64,000 bases of DNA from Schmidtea nova (taxonomy: Eukaryota). Position 1 is the stretch's first letter, and every line of letters starts with the position of its first letter. Of the stretch, positions 38,848 through 51,597 are shown in pieces. The stretch spans positions 196,974,001 through 197,038,000 of the forward strand of contig CM097882.1 of assembly GCA_044892505.1 (NCBI GenBank). The letters are read 5' to 3'. The notes under the pieces were generated by a model that ran no database searches, was not told where the DNA came from, and saw nothing but the letters and a program-made list of their open reading frames with translations. The position numbers were made by a program, and so were the translations under genes.

Positions 38848-40050
38848 ATGGAACCGATTGTTGTAACTGGCGACCACGCCGAAAATATTCACACAATGAC
38901 GACTCGAGGAGAAGGGAAAAAATCTGCAAGAGACGTACTATCAAAACGTGCTCAAGAACTCTTGGATATGGAAATTAGAAGATACGACGGCAGATGTACC
39001 AAAGAAGCTGAAAAATGGATACATGCAATTGATGATTGGATCGCTAGAAATGACTTAAAGAGGACAGAAGCATTCGATTTTCTCCTTTGCGACGAAGCGG
39101 CTACGCTGTGGAAAAATTTCAAAACAGAAAAAACAACAGATAAAGCAGCTAAAGAATGGTTTTCCGAAACATTTACTATTAAATTGACTATTTTAGACAA
39201 GATTAAAGAACTTGCTGCAATTAGACAAGATGAAAATGAAAGATATGCAACCTTCGAAATCCGGGTATTAAAATTAGTGGATGAAGTTATTAATTCAGGA
39301 ATGAGGGTAGAGGAAATTGCCAATGAAATTATAACTGGACGAGTCAGAGACAGAAGATTAAAAGATGCGCTAACAATGAAACCAACGATGACCACAGAAG
39401 AACGAAATCAACTGGCCAAAATTTAGGAAAAAGTGGAATCAAAAGAAAAGACGGAAGAAATTATGGTAATAAAAAAGAGTAGTTACGCAGAAGCAACAAG
39501 GAGAAGGAATCCAGAAACGTTTACCAGAGAAACAAATGGAAGTAATGGCAATATATTAAGAATCCAAGGAAATTACAGAAGAGAGAATTTACCAGATAAT
39601 TCTTATAGCAGAAATAACGAAATAAATAATACAGTCGAACGGAATATGCAGAGAAGGACACCAACGGTTTCGCTTAAACACATCGCCAAGAGATTATACA
39701 ATCGATCTAGAGGCCTTCCTGATCCAAGAAACGTCGAATTACAGTCAGGTCAATGTTTTTGCTGTGGAGAATATGGGCATAGAAGATATGAATGCCCACT
39801 AAAAGATAAATGTTTGATATGTGGTAAGGGAGGACATAATTTTCGTGATTGTTATTTATTAAGAAAGAAAGAACAGCAGAACTATGAGAACAAGAAAATT
39901 ATATCTTGTGTGCATGATGAAGAAAACGGAAGAAATTACTCCGATGATGCAGAAACCAGAGAATCAATTAGTGATTATGTAATTCATGATGTGGAAACTG
40001 AAAAAAACACGAGGAACTCTATTGCATACATTTCGTCAATGGGGTTGTAA
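38848..40050 (+). pseudogene. Gypsy gag with two CCHC knuckles; in-frame TAG at 39424-39426
   Basis: CFCCGEYGHRRYEC and CLICGKGGHNFRDC; both ORF-track pieces are in the same frame. Confidence 0.85.
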
Positions 40051-40082
40051 AGAAAGAAAATCGGAATGACAGAGCAGAAGGA

Positions 40083-43000
40083 ATGAGGTATGTAACATCA
40101 GATGGAAGAGAATGGAGCAAGATGATGATAAATGATGTTGAGATTGAGATGTTGTGGGATTCTGGAGCTTCGATTACAGTGATGAATGAGGAAACGTGGA
40201 ATAAAATTGGTAGTCCACGGTTAAGCAGTAGTGAAATCAAAATATGTGGAGTTTTTCCAGGAACTCAAAAACCACTGGGATGTACAGAAGCAAATGTTTA
40301 TTGGCACAATAAGATGAGGAGTATCAAAATAATTGTTATTAAAAATATTTTTCCAGGTTTTATTGGTGGGGTAGATACTTTGAAAGCATTTGGAGTGCAG
40401 TTGATGGAAATTAACAATATTGAATCCGAGACAAAAATTAGTAATTATACTGATGAGGAGAGAAGACAAAAAGCAAAAAATGAATTGGGAAAAAATGAAT
40501 TGCCGACAATTAACAAATTATTAGATGAATTCGGGTCAATATTTATGGCAGCTAGATTTGATTTAGGATTCACAAGAATCGTTGAACATGAAATTAATAC
40601 ATCTGGGAATCCAACAATGCAATTTCCAAGACGACAACCGATGCATCTAGAACAGAAAATTGACGATATGATAAAAGAGTTAACAAAAGCTGGAGTTATA
40701 AGACGCTGTAAAAGTCCATGGAGCTCCCCATTAGTCGTAGTGGGGAAGAAAGACGGCTCAATAAGAATGTGCGTAGACTATCGAGAGCTGAATAAGATAA
40801 CAGAAAGAGAATCTTTCCCTATGCCCAACATATCTCAATTACTCGATAACCTATCAGGATCTAAATACTTTTCTTCTTTAGATCTTGGACAAGCATACTA
40901 TCAGGTAGCATTAGCAAAAGAAGCGCAAGAGAAAACGGCTTTTAGTTCCAAAGAAGGTCAATTTTGTTTCAATCGACTTCCGTATGGACTATCAACGGCT
41001 CCAGCAACGTTTCAGCGATTAATGCACACGATGTTAGAGGGTATATTGTTTAATGGAGCAATTGTTTATTTAGACGATATTCTTGTATATGGCAAGGATC
41101 AGTCTGAACATGATGAGCGATTACGAGAAGTTTTTAAAAGAATACAAAAAACAGGACTAAGAATAAATCCGGAGAAGTGCGAAATTTACAAAACAAAATT
41201 AAAATTCCTTGGTTATACCATCAGTGAAGATGGAATACAGACAAATTCAGAGAAGATCAAGTCAATTACAGAAGCGACGAAACCGCAGTGTGCTAAACAA
41301 CTTCAATCATTTCTGGGTTTGACAAATTATTATAGACGATTTGTTAAAGATTATGCTAAAATAGCAGCACCCTTACATGCAGCAGCTTCAGGTTGTGATA
41401 AAACAATCAAATGGTCAGAAAATTGTGAAAACAGTTTTAGTCAGCTTAAAGAAGCCTTAACACAAGCTCCTATTCTTGATTTCCCTCGTATAGATCGGAA
41501 ATTTATTTTGGATACTGATGCCAGTTTTGAGGCTATTGGAGCAGTTTTGAGTCAAATAAAAGAAGACGGTTCAGAAATAGTTATCACATACGGTTCAAGA
41601 AATCTGACGGCCCATGAAAAGGGATACTGCGTAACCAGGAAAGAATTATTAGCGTTACATGAATATGTTTTATATTTTAGACAGTATTTATACGGGAAAG
41701 AATTCGTGGCCCGAACAGATCACAAGGCTTTAGTATTTATGAACACAAACAAAAAAGCAATAAGTCCACAATTTCAGACATGGATGGCTAATCTATCGGA
41801 ATATGACTTCCAATTGAAATACCGGAAAGGTGAAGAACATGCAAACGCAGATGGATTATCAAGGATCGGGGGTAGTTTGTGTGCACAATGTCAGACAGCA
41901 CATGTACAACATAAACAAGAAAGATCAAGGGTAAGATACATCAATTTGATACAAAAAACACATACAATGTTGGAGATTATGGAAGAACAGAAGAAAGATA
42001 AATTGTTCCAGGACGCGATGGAAATTCTTAGGAATCAGATAGATGTTCGAAAGGAATCGTTTCAAAATAGTTTTTTATTCAGATATAAAGATCAGTTAAA
42101 GATATCGGATGATATGCTTGTATTGGAAAAGGACAAAATAGATCTAGTGGTAATCCCAGAAAGCTATCAATCTAAATTAGTGATTAAAATACATGAAGAT
42201 TTATGTCATGTTGGAACTAAGAAACTGTTTCATTATTTGGAAGGGAATTTTTTCTGGCCGAAAATGCAAGAAACCGTTAAATAGATAGTAAAACGATGTG
42301 TCACTTGTGCAAGAAGGAAAATAGACCAAGGAAAGACAAAGGAAATTTTAATTCCACACGAAAGTTCTGAATTTCTAGAACAGATTGTTATGGATGTTGC
42401 TGTCATGGAGAGAACTTCAACAGACAAAAGGTATGTTATCGTTATTATTGATAGGTTTAGTAAATTAGTAAGTCTAACGGCTACAGCAAACCAAGATGAA
42501 AAAACTATTTTGAAGACGCTAATGAACAATTGGATTTACAAATATGGTAAACCTCAAAGTATATTGACGGACAGAGGGCGAAATTTTGAAAGCAAATATT
42601 TGAAGGAAAAATTAGAGCAGCTGGGAATAAAGCAAGAATTCGCAACGCCGTATCAACATCAGTCGAATGGCCTAGTGGAAAGAGCTATCAGAACAATGAG
42701 GGATTTACTTGTGACTACGATGAAAGGTGGCTGTGCTGAAAAACAGTGGCACGAACTGCTGCCTCGAATTGAATTCAGTATTAACGCAACTTATCAAAGT
42801 GCTACAAAATTTTCACCATTTGAGATAGTATATGGACGGAAAATAACATTACATGCTAATTCTAGGCTCAAACATCAAATACGAGATATTTCAGAAGAAG
42901 CACAAACGAATAACAAGCAAGCTGCTCAAAAGATGAGGAAATTCGAGGATGACAAAAGAATTAAACGACATTTTGAAGTGGGGGAGGAGGTACTAGTACG

Positions 43001-43154
43001 ACGAGAACCACATAGAAGAAACAAAAATGATATTCAATATGATGGTCCATATAAAATTCTTAGATTTGTGTCAGATCACCAAGTTGAATTGCAATATCCA
43101 AATACAACGCGACACCGACGAATCGAATGGTTAAAGAGATGGAATCAATTTTAA
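40083..43154 (+). pseudogene. Gypsy pol (PR-RT-RH-IN); -1 frameshift site AAAAAAC at 40002-40008; in-frame TAG at 42282-42284
   Basis: LWDSGAS, YLDDILV, LDTDAS...ELLAL...TDHKAL, IHEDLCH..CVTC, IVMD/TDRGRNF/VER. Confidence 0.92.
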
Positions 43155-46100
43155 GAAGGGGAGAGTAATGATATTGCAATAAAGGCCAAAGACCAAATGT
43201 GAAGCAGTTCAGAGTATATTGCGTAATTCAATCACTGTGTTAGTTATTGCGTAATATACATAACTATTTAAGAGTGATCACTCGGTGTTTTTAGTAAATA
43301 AATCTTTANNNNNNNNNNNNNNNNNNNNNNNNNNNNNNNNNNNNNNNNNNNNNNNNNNNNNNNNNNNNNNNNNNNNNNNNNNNNNNNNNNNNNNNNNNNN
43401 NNNNNNNNNNNNNNNNNNNNNNNNNNNNNNNNNNNNNNNNNNNNNNNNNNNNNNNNNNNNNNNNNNNNNNNNNNNNNNNNNNNNNNNNNNNNNNNNNNNN
43501 NNNNNNNNNNNNNNNNNNNNNNNNNNNNNNNNNNNNNNNNNNNNNNNNNNNNNNNNNNNNNNNNNNNNNNNNNNNNNNNNNNNNNNNNNNNNNNNNNNNN
43601 NNNNNNNNNNNNNNNNNNNNNNNNNNNNNNNNNNNNNNNNNNNNNNNNNNNNNNNNNNNNNNNCGTCTAAATAATACTATAAATTATAAAAATAAAATAG
43701 ATAATTAATAAGACTAAAAAGAAATAAAATACAAATATTTATTGTCATAAATCTTCATCATCATCTTCATCTTCGTCATCTTCTTGAACTTCATCATCAT
43801 CTTCATCATCATCATCTTCGGTAAATGAATCCCCCATAACTGTAAAACTTTCCCTACAATGTCCATAAGCAATACTTTTATTTTTCTCAACCCAAAGTCT
43901 CTTATCATCGAGGTTTGTAAGTGAAATTTTTGAAAACTTATTAGTAAAAATTTGATGATTTTTACTCACAAATCGAGACTGTTAGACTGAAACTATATTA
44001 TTATTTCTATAACAATCAAGATAAGACCGATGCTTCAGTTTAGTATCTTTCAAACAGACGCCTTTAGCATTTAAACATTCCTTATCACCTAAAAGGCTAT
44101 AAAATTTAGGTCTAAGAAAATTCCATTTCTTATATTTATGATACTTATTTTCGTCTTTAAACTTTCCTATAACCGAATCAAGTTTTTTCGAATATAAAGA
44201 ATGACTAGGCTCGTAATTCGATGTATCCAAAAGACAATCTCTAACCATCGCAGGAAACAGAACATCTAACCTACAATTCTTAATCTCTAAGAAGAAAGAA
44301 TCAGTATCGCCTGCAACTATATTAATCTCACAGTTGAATTCATTGCGATATTTTTGCAATTCTTCATACTGGAGTTGATACATCTTAAGTTTCGATAAAT
44401 CTAAAACTGATTGACCTATATAACTCGGTCTGTCTAAACACACAGAGTCTTTATTTAAAAGAACAGAAATCAAGTCATCATCTATCCCATAAGTTTTCCT
44501 GAAAGTTGGTTTCGATGAATAAGTAATCAGTTTCGACGCAGAGTTGCATAGCCTTAAATTTAATCTTTTCTTAAGGTTTTCGACAGTTTTTCCGTAAAGA
44601 CTGTTATTTAACAGCTTATAAAAATCCTTATCTAAAACAAACGATGAAGCTGCCCTAAGTCGTGTATTAGTATCTATATAATCTTTAAATATAGATTTCT
44701 GCTTATATTGAACAGCTCTATGAATCTTTGTTATTTTAACTCCTTAAGAAAGAAATAGTTTTAAAAGTCTCCAACGAAGAACATAATTCTTCTTTGGATA
44801 ATGTGTCAACATTAACTTTTCAACTTTAGATCCTGGAGCACACATTCTTTCTGCCGCTACTGGAAAGTCATTTAATTTGTCGTGAATTTCAACCGGGATT
44901 TCCAAGTCAACTTCAAATGTTACACCGATTGTTAAAACCTCTAAGTCAGCATCCATCAAATTAATTAATTAAATTTATTCTCATCAGTGATCCATTTAAA
45001 TTTACCACAAGGTAACTTTTGGCTTAAGGCCCAACCGTACAAATTATTAATGTCGATGTATAGTAGTTCAGTCGTTTCGGAGGATACTACGTGATGTTTG
45101 TTGACAAATGTCAAACCACCACGGATCCTCCCTTCGAAAAAATTATACATCTCCATATCCTGGAGCAATTCAATAGGTTCTTCCAAGGTAATAAGTGCAG
45201 AAGACCACGACATACCTGGAATACCCAAGAAATTCAATGGTTCTAACCTATTATGAGAAATTGACTTGGCTCTAAACTGTTGAAAGAAGTCAGCAAGAAG
45301 AAAGACGTCAAGTTTTAAGTATATCATCACGTAGTCACAAAGAATTTGACAATTAGTTTCCCTCCAAATAACTAAAGCCTTATCGTATTCAGCCTGTTTA
45401 ACACCCTCCCAGATTGGTGGTAATTCATATGTTTCATTCAAGACTTCTAACGATGTCGCAAAATTATAAGGAAAAATACTCTTACAATCAACAATAGTAC
45501 CAGTGAATTTTGATCGCGTTAAAGGTAAAGAAGTCAATGTTTTAACTGCATCATTTAAACTGGAGTTAATAAACTGACAAGAGTTAATGAATTTAATTGT
45601 TAAAACACCGACTCTTGCAGATAAAGTAAGGAATTTTGCACTGGTTGTAGGAATACAAGATATTTTCAAACTACTAAAGTTAGCCAATCCATATTTAAGA
45701 ATATGATGCATGTCATACCCTTTTAAGTTATGAAAAACAATTGGTAGTTCCTTAAGAATCTGTCTAGTAAGATTACATTTCGAACAAGCAGCACCCAAGA
45801 ATTCACCAGTGTAATGGTCATGATCTCTAACCGGATTAACTAAACGATTTTTACAAAGGTAACAAATAGTAGATGAGGCAAAAGATCTTTTATTATCAAA
45901 TGTCATAAGAAGTGGTTTTTTGTAGTTATTTTTATAAAAATGAAAAACAATTTCTTCACCTATATTGCTAATTTCAGAAAGGAACTTAATTACACAATCT
46001 ATACCTAAGAAACTCTTGTATGTTTTTTCACCAGTAAAGTTCTTAACAAGTAAAAGTCCCGCAGATATAGGTACATGTCTCTGAAAATATTTATCATCAG

Positions 46101-47272
46101 AGGTAAGATCGCCTCAAAATCAGCGTAAACTACAAAAGGCGGAGTAATCGTTTTACCCCAATTACTAAATGTTAAATAAGGGTTTTTAAGTAAAGTATAT
46201 AGAGTTGTGCCTAAATGATTTTTTGAACACAACTCTTGCTGACGAACGAATGAATCTTGATATCTAAACCCATTCAAGCATCGATGACACCATATGCTTT
46301 GAATACTAGTACCAGATATTGATTTATTGTCAAGATTTAAAAGTCTACCAAGATTGGTGACTGCTATATAATGAAAAGAGTCACCATTTTGCAAAAGAAT
46401 CAAATTAATAGGAATTCCGTCTACTACTTTCGACCTATGAATTATATCAATACATGGATGTTTGAAAACTTCAGGCTTAGTGTCTAGAATTCCAGATTCA
46501 TCATATGACAGTACTTTAATCGCATATCCCGGGTTTTTAGCTTCAAACTTTGGGATATTGCAAAGACGCATAGGTAAATCAGAAGGACTAAAGTTAAGAT
46601 CTGAAAGATTATAATTACTGGCCCTATGTCTATTTTTACGAAAAGGTACCTCATCATACTTAATAATTACCAAAACAGAATAGATAAAACACAAGTCATC
46701 AGAATTATGAACATTTACAACACAATGTTTTGACTTTAAAGATTCAGGAGTATCAATACCACCGTAACCTATCAACCTACTAATCTCAGAAAATTTTGTT
46801 AAGATGAAATGAATTTCATTAATTTTATTAATTACCCAATTACTGCCTCTATTATTAATTAATGTAATTTTTTCATTAAGAATATTAATGCCATCGTCTA
46901 AAAAAGTATCTGTGACAGGTTGTGCAGAGTTCGAAATAACTATAGTGTTGGGCCCACCAAATGGTCTAAAAAAGACGAAAATAATTTAATAATTTAAACA
47001 AAAAATACAAATAATAAATACAAAAAACATTGGAAAAACCTAAATTAAAAATCAAAATAAAATAATAAATAATAATAACTAAATTTCCAGCAAAGGAAAA
47101 AAATCAAATTGACACGGGAACGAGCAGCATGGGGGTCTGAAATAAGAAAATTACAAATAAAATCAAATAAGAGTACAATAAATTAGTTAATTACTTGAAA
47201 AATCAGGACCACCCAGTGAGAAACCTGAACCGGAAATTTAAAATGGTTTATATTAAAATAAAATAACAAAGT

Positions 47273-47339
47273 TACTTTGATGGACGGCCTGATCCTGATT
47301 GGTCAATCTGACCAACTGGATCAGTATAAATACCGATCC
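47273..47339 (+). promoter_or_regulatory. CCAAT + IR3 palindrome + TATA promoter cassette of element copy B
   Basis: ATTGG at 47298, GGTCAATCTGACC, TATAAATA at ~47325; identical to 10596-10662. Confidence 0.6.
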
Positions 47340-48410
47340 AAAAATATTAAAAACCGACATAAAAATTTTGATTACCGAACTGATCTATAACAATCGATTC
47401 AGTCACATCAACTTTGTTACGATAAATTTTCGAAATAATTTTTGGGAACGCATCAAACTTGGATCTTAGAGAGTAATTTTTTTTTTATTGTTATTAAAAT
47501 AATTTTTATTACATGTTTCTCATGATTCCCATTTGATTTTATTTTAATATAGTTTATTATGATTAATGAGTTGGTTTATTCTATTATTTTATTTTATAAT
47601 AAATACACTTCCTCAGTAGCTCACGCTGCGAGGGAGTAAGCCGTAAGTGTGGGATTTCACCGTTCCACAAGATGGTGAGCGAAGTTTTTATTGACAGTTT
47701 TATTTTATTTAATTGAGTGCTATCAGAGGTTTACCTTAAAGTAGAGTTGTGCATGGGGCCAGGGTTGTACTTGCAAACAATCAAACAGGAGATCAAACAG
47801 GAGATGTCCAAGAGTAATTAAAATATCATTGATTATATAACTTAACAAATCAGCTAAATCGGTTTCACCTTATGTACATTATGTCGAATCCACACAACTG
47901 CAGCTGATCTAGACAAATAGATGCATCCGGACACACCGAGGAGATTCCGACATTTTAATGAAATTTTTGACTAGGGTATAAATAGTAACATAATCGAATT
48001 TAAATCACAGATTGGATAAATAAAACAGTAACCTGATCGCTGTAAATAGCGCAGGCAATAATATTTGAATTTCTTATAAACGTATCCCGATCGCTGTATA
48101 TAGCGACGGTGTTAAGCGCCCCAAACTGAACTGCTCAATGGCTTGCATCCGACGAGATCCAGTCAATCACGGGTTGCACATTACCCCCGTTCACGGCCTC
48201 CAAGTGAAGCGTTTTCGCTAACAACGTTATTCACACTACTATGAATAAATATGTATCATCAATTAAATGGTGTTGATCTGTCTTTTTGTTTGTTATTAGT
48301 TGAATTTCGATCCATTTATTGATTTAATTATCCAAATCTTTCCACTCGACGGATAGTATTAGCCGTTGGTAGTATAATTTCAGTATCATAAAATAGGTTT
48401 ATTATTTAGT

Positions 48411-49007
48411 ATGACGGAAACCAGCCAACAGCGGGAATTGGATAAGGCGTGGAGAATCCGCCGAGCATTAGAAAAGGAGTTAAATCAAGAAAAAGCATTA
48501 CGGGCTAAGGCAGAAGCTCAGATTCAGTATGTACGAACCAGCTGGTTCGCCCCAGCCCGTATGAAGGAACAGATGAGTCGAACGGAAAGGGCTCAAAAGA
48601 CAGCTGACGATTATCGCACAGAATGGGAAGCAACAAAAATTGAGTTGCGCCGATGTCTCCATTCTGTGACGACTTCTTTCATAGAGTCCGAATTGAGATC
48701 ACAAATCCGACCCATCACCTACCAGAAATGGGTAGGAGAACAGAAGGTGGCCTGCTCGGTCAGTACCGACACCGATGGTCTCGAAGTAACAACAGTACAA
48801 AGTCCGATAGAATCCACCGTTGCACCAAATCCCGTCGGAAAACCGAACAAGAGAAAGCGAATCGGTTCCAAGCGCCGTCGCCAAAGGAAGCTGTTCTCTC
48901 AGCAGCTGCAGGCACAAGTGACCACTATGGCAGAAATGTCGGAAGCCGAGTGGTTATCAGAGATATTCCCTCCGAAGGAATTTTCAAGGAATTTTTGTAG
49001 CAGATAA
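48411..49007 (+). CDS. Orphan 198-aa coiled-coil protein with Arg/Lys-rich C-terminal motif, intact in copy B
   Basis: ATG-to-stop ORF; homolog at 8077-8676 with many substitutions but conserved motifs. Confidence 0.7.
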   Translation: MTETSQQRELDKAWRIRRALEKELNQEKALRAKAEAQIQYVRTSWFAPARMKEQMSRTERAQKTADDYRTEWEATKIELRRCLHSVTTSFIESELRSQIRPITYQKWVGEQKVACSVSTDTDGLEVTTVQSPIESTVAPNPVGKPNKRKRIGSKRRRQRKLFSQQLQAQVTTMAEMSEAEWLSEIFPPKEFSRNFCSR

Positions 49008-50417
49008 AATCATAACATGATGTCAGATCTTGGTGTTGATTAAATATTTGCTTGTTTGTTTTTTTTGTTTGTTATTTCCTATGTATTTCCTTCGGTTACA
49101 CAGTTCATAATAATTAAATTTAAATTACATGTCACACAACGAAAGGAGTAGCGTTAAAAATTTTAAATATTATCGAATTCGTAGTTTCTTTTTGTTTGTT
49201 TTGTTTTTTGATAAATACATAAAATCACAAGTACACCGAATAACAACAATTGCGTAAGTCCTTCTACGGCCGCGTAAACCCGTAAACATAAAGGGGGAGT
49301 AGTCCTAGCAATAGTGCTCACCTGCCCCTCATTGTTTAACCACCCTGCGCATCACCAACTTGGTTATCGGGGGAAATAATCAAGGGCGCTCGAGTGTAAC
49401 TTACGACTATTTGTACATGATCATGAAGGGGAGATCTCTAGCAATCATTAGAATTTTTACTAACCCTTCCATGAACCCAGCAATAGTTTTAAAAGCACCA
49501 TCTTTTTCAAACTCTACTTCGATGCAAAATTGTATTTTAACAGTTCCCATTGTTTCAATTACGTTATTTAATTTATTAATTAAATTAACCAGTACAATCA
49601 TTGTTTTTAAATTCAAGTTAGTGACAATCATTTTCACTATAGCATGTGATTTATTTAAATCAAATTTAACAACAGGTCAAAGAGAACCACCAACCTGTAC
49701 TTCAGGAACTAAAGAGTCTATATCTGATAATTTATCGTCATCGTCAGAAATTTCAATAAAATCAGGAAGAGAACCAACAATTTGAATATTGGAATTATCA
49801 ATTGAACCAGGAACAAAAGAGTTCAACCTCAAAATCAGAAAGATTATTTATATCAGGAATGATATCATCATCAGGAATGATATCATCATCGGAAATTATA
49901 ACTATATCTGAAGGAACAACTGAAGTTACACCTGAAAGAACAACTGGAGGAATATCATCAGAAAGAACTGACTTATTAATTTTGATTGGGTTTGGACTAA
50001 AGTCATTACATTTTCTTTTAAGTGGTAATTTTAAAATAGATTTCTTTGATGTTTTAAATTGATCTAAATGCTCGCAATGAGTCTTGTAAAAATCTATATA
50101 TAAAGATGATGAAGTAGATTTGCAAATAGGGCAAATGTAGTAGTTTTTAAAGTTATGAGGGTATGCATAATATCTTTCCATTATTTCATGACATTTTAAA
50201 TCATGAATTGTAGAGTTGCAATAATTTTGATATAAATTACCTATAATTTTAAAAAAATTATAAAAAAATTATGATAAAATAACAATGATGTATATATTAA
50301 GTGTGTATACACACATTCATTTCAAAATATCGTAATATATATTTATTGATATGATTGGTTAAATAAATTCCAAAAGTTCTATATAAACGAATTATAAAAT
50401 TAATATAATCATTAAAA

Positions 50418-50645
50418 ATGTATCAACTGAAAAGTAAGATTAATTAATATTAAATGATTATTTTTAAATTTCTTTTTCTAGAATCGAAAAGAATGACAAA
50501 ACAAGAAATAATGAAGATTATTCTTGAAGAAAATCCTAATTCAACATCTAATTTGGTATTGAATCCACCAGTTCAATTCTTGCAATACTCGATAGAGTAT
50601 TTGAAATACCCGATCAGAACACAGAAGGTAAAATACCGTTTTTAG
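50418..50645 (+). CDS. Small Polinton-2 gene with a predicted 48-nt intron (50434-50481), truncated by the Penelope insertion
   Basis: ATG TAT CAA CTG AAA A|gtaaga...ttctag|AA TCG gives MYQLKKSKRMTKQEIMK... in frame. Confidence 0.4.
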
Positions 50646-51049
50646 ATACCATAGTAAGTTTCACAAAAGGCCAAGATACACTAAATGCAAACACCGAGCT
50701 ATATTCTAAAAGTTTACATAGCGGTCATATCCTCCCATGGAAAAGCCACGTTCCACTTCAACGCAAAATCGCATTACTAATAGGAGAAAGAAAAAGAGCC
50801 ATAAGAAACTGTTCAGACGCAAACAAAATATAAGAAACATTAGAAAACTTCAAAATACGATTCCTCCAAAATGGATACCTTGAAGACTTTGTAAAGAAAC
50901 ACTTCCTTAACGAACCATACCACAATAAACGCAACAATAGAAAACGCCAGAAACACAATAACAATAACAAACACACAACATATCTAAGATTACCTTTCCT
51001 AAATGACACTACAGCCAACAAAATCACCAACATTTTTAATCAAACAGAT

Positions 51050-51466
51050 TTGCCTATCCACATCCGTCCAACGTTCATAACCTCCGCACCGTTAAAATCA
51101 CAACTCCGAAAGCCACCAATTTCCAACATCTCCAAACATAAATGTCTTTGCCGTTCCACAACCCGATGCTTTTGCTTTTCCAAAAATATAGTATATAAAC
51201 TTTCTTGCCAAAAATGTGACGCTACTTACATAGGAGAAACACATAGAACTTTTCGCACCCGACTTAATGAACACACTAAAATCAATACCAGTAATTATTA
51301 CGAACACTGGGAGAAAGTACATAAAACAACTCCATCTATAGAAGAAACAAAATGCCAGATTCTACAAGAGGGATTCAAAAATTCATTACAAAGATTAGCT
51401 TCCGAGACTTTTTTCATAAAAAAATACAAACCGTCCATCAACATTCAATTCACACAAAAAAATTAA
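51050..51466 (+). CDS. GIY-YIG endonuclease domain of the Penelope-like element
   Basis: IVY...CxxC...YIGET..RLNEH motif. Confidence 0.85.
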   Translation: MPIHIRPTFITSAPLKSQLRKPPISNISKHKCLCRSTTRCFCFSKNIVYKLSCQKCDATYIGETHRTFRTRLNEHTKINTSNYYEHWEKVHKTTPSIEETKCQILQEGFKNSLQRLASETFFIKKYKPSINIQFTQKN

Positions 51467-51555
51467 AATAAATTTTTTCATCCAATAAAATCATTATAAA
51501 ATATTAAAAAAATAATTAAGGCTACTATTTAGGATTAAGTAAATATAACGATAGA

Positions 51556-51597
51556 AATACACACTTGATAAAGGCTGTGCCGAAATATTGTGTTATT
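51556..51597 (+). ncRNA. Minimal type-I hammerhead ribozyme candidate with U3-A8 core variant
   Basis: acac-UUGAUAA-a-GGC tgt GCC-GAAA-UAU-U-gtgt: stem I acac/gtgt, 3-bp stem II, palindromic AUAU stem III. Confidence 0.65.

Larger units (their letters stand above)
38725..43308 (+). mobile_element. Ty3/Gypsy LTR retrotransposon Gypsy-2; short LTRs, both truncated by gaps; PBS 38868-38878
   Basis: 38725-38846 is identical to part of 43169-43308; PPT aagaaggggagag; PBS tggcgaccacg; gag-pol content. Confidence 0.92.
46946..49482 (+). mobile_element. Unclassified TG...CA element, copy B (2537 bp), inserted in pPolB
   Basis: Perfect 4-bp TSD ATAG (46942-46945 and 49483-49486). Removing it restores pPolB KDGAFKTIVISNSAQP. 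Termini tgttgggccc / gaacccagca. Confidence 0.88.
43745..50240 (-). pseudogene. pPolB of Polinton-2, fragmented and interrupted by TG...CA element B
   Basis: Fragments 43745-43969, 43982-44473, 44744-44959, 44965-45906, 46005-46775, 49407-50181 are collinear with the Polinton-1 pPolB; acidic C-terminal tail. Confidence 0.9.
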
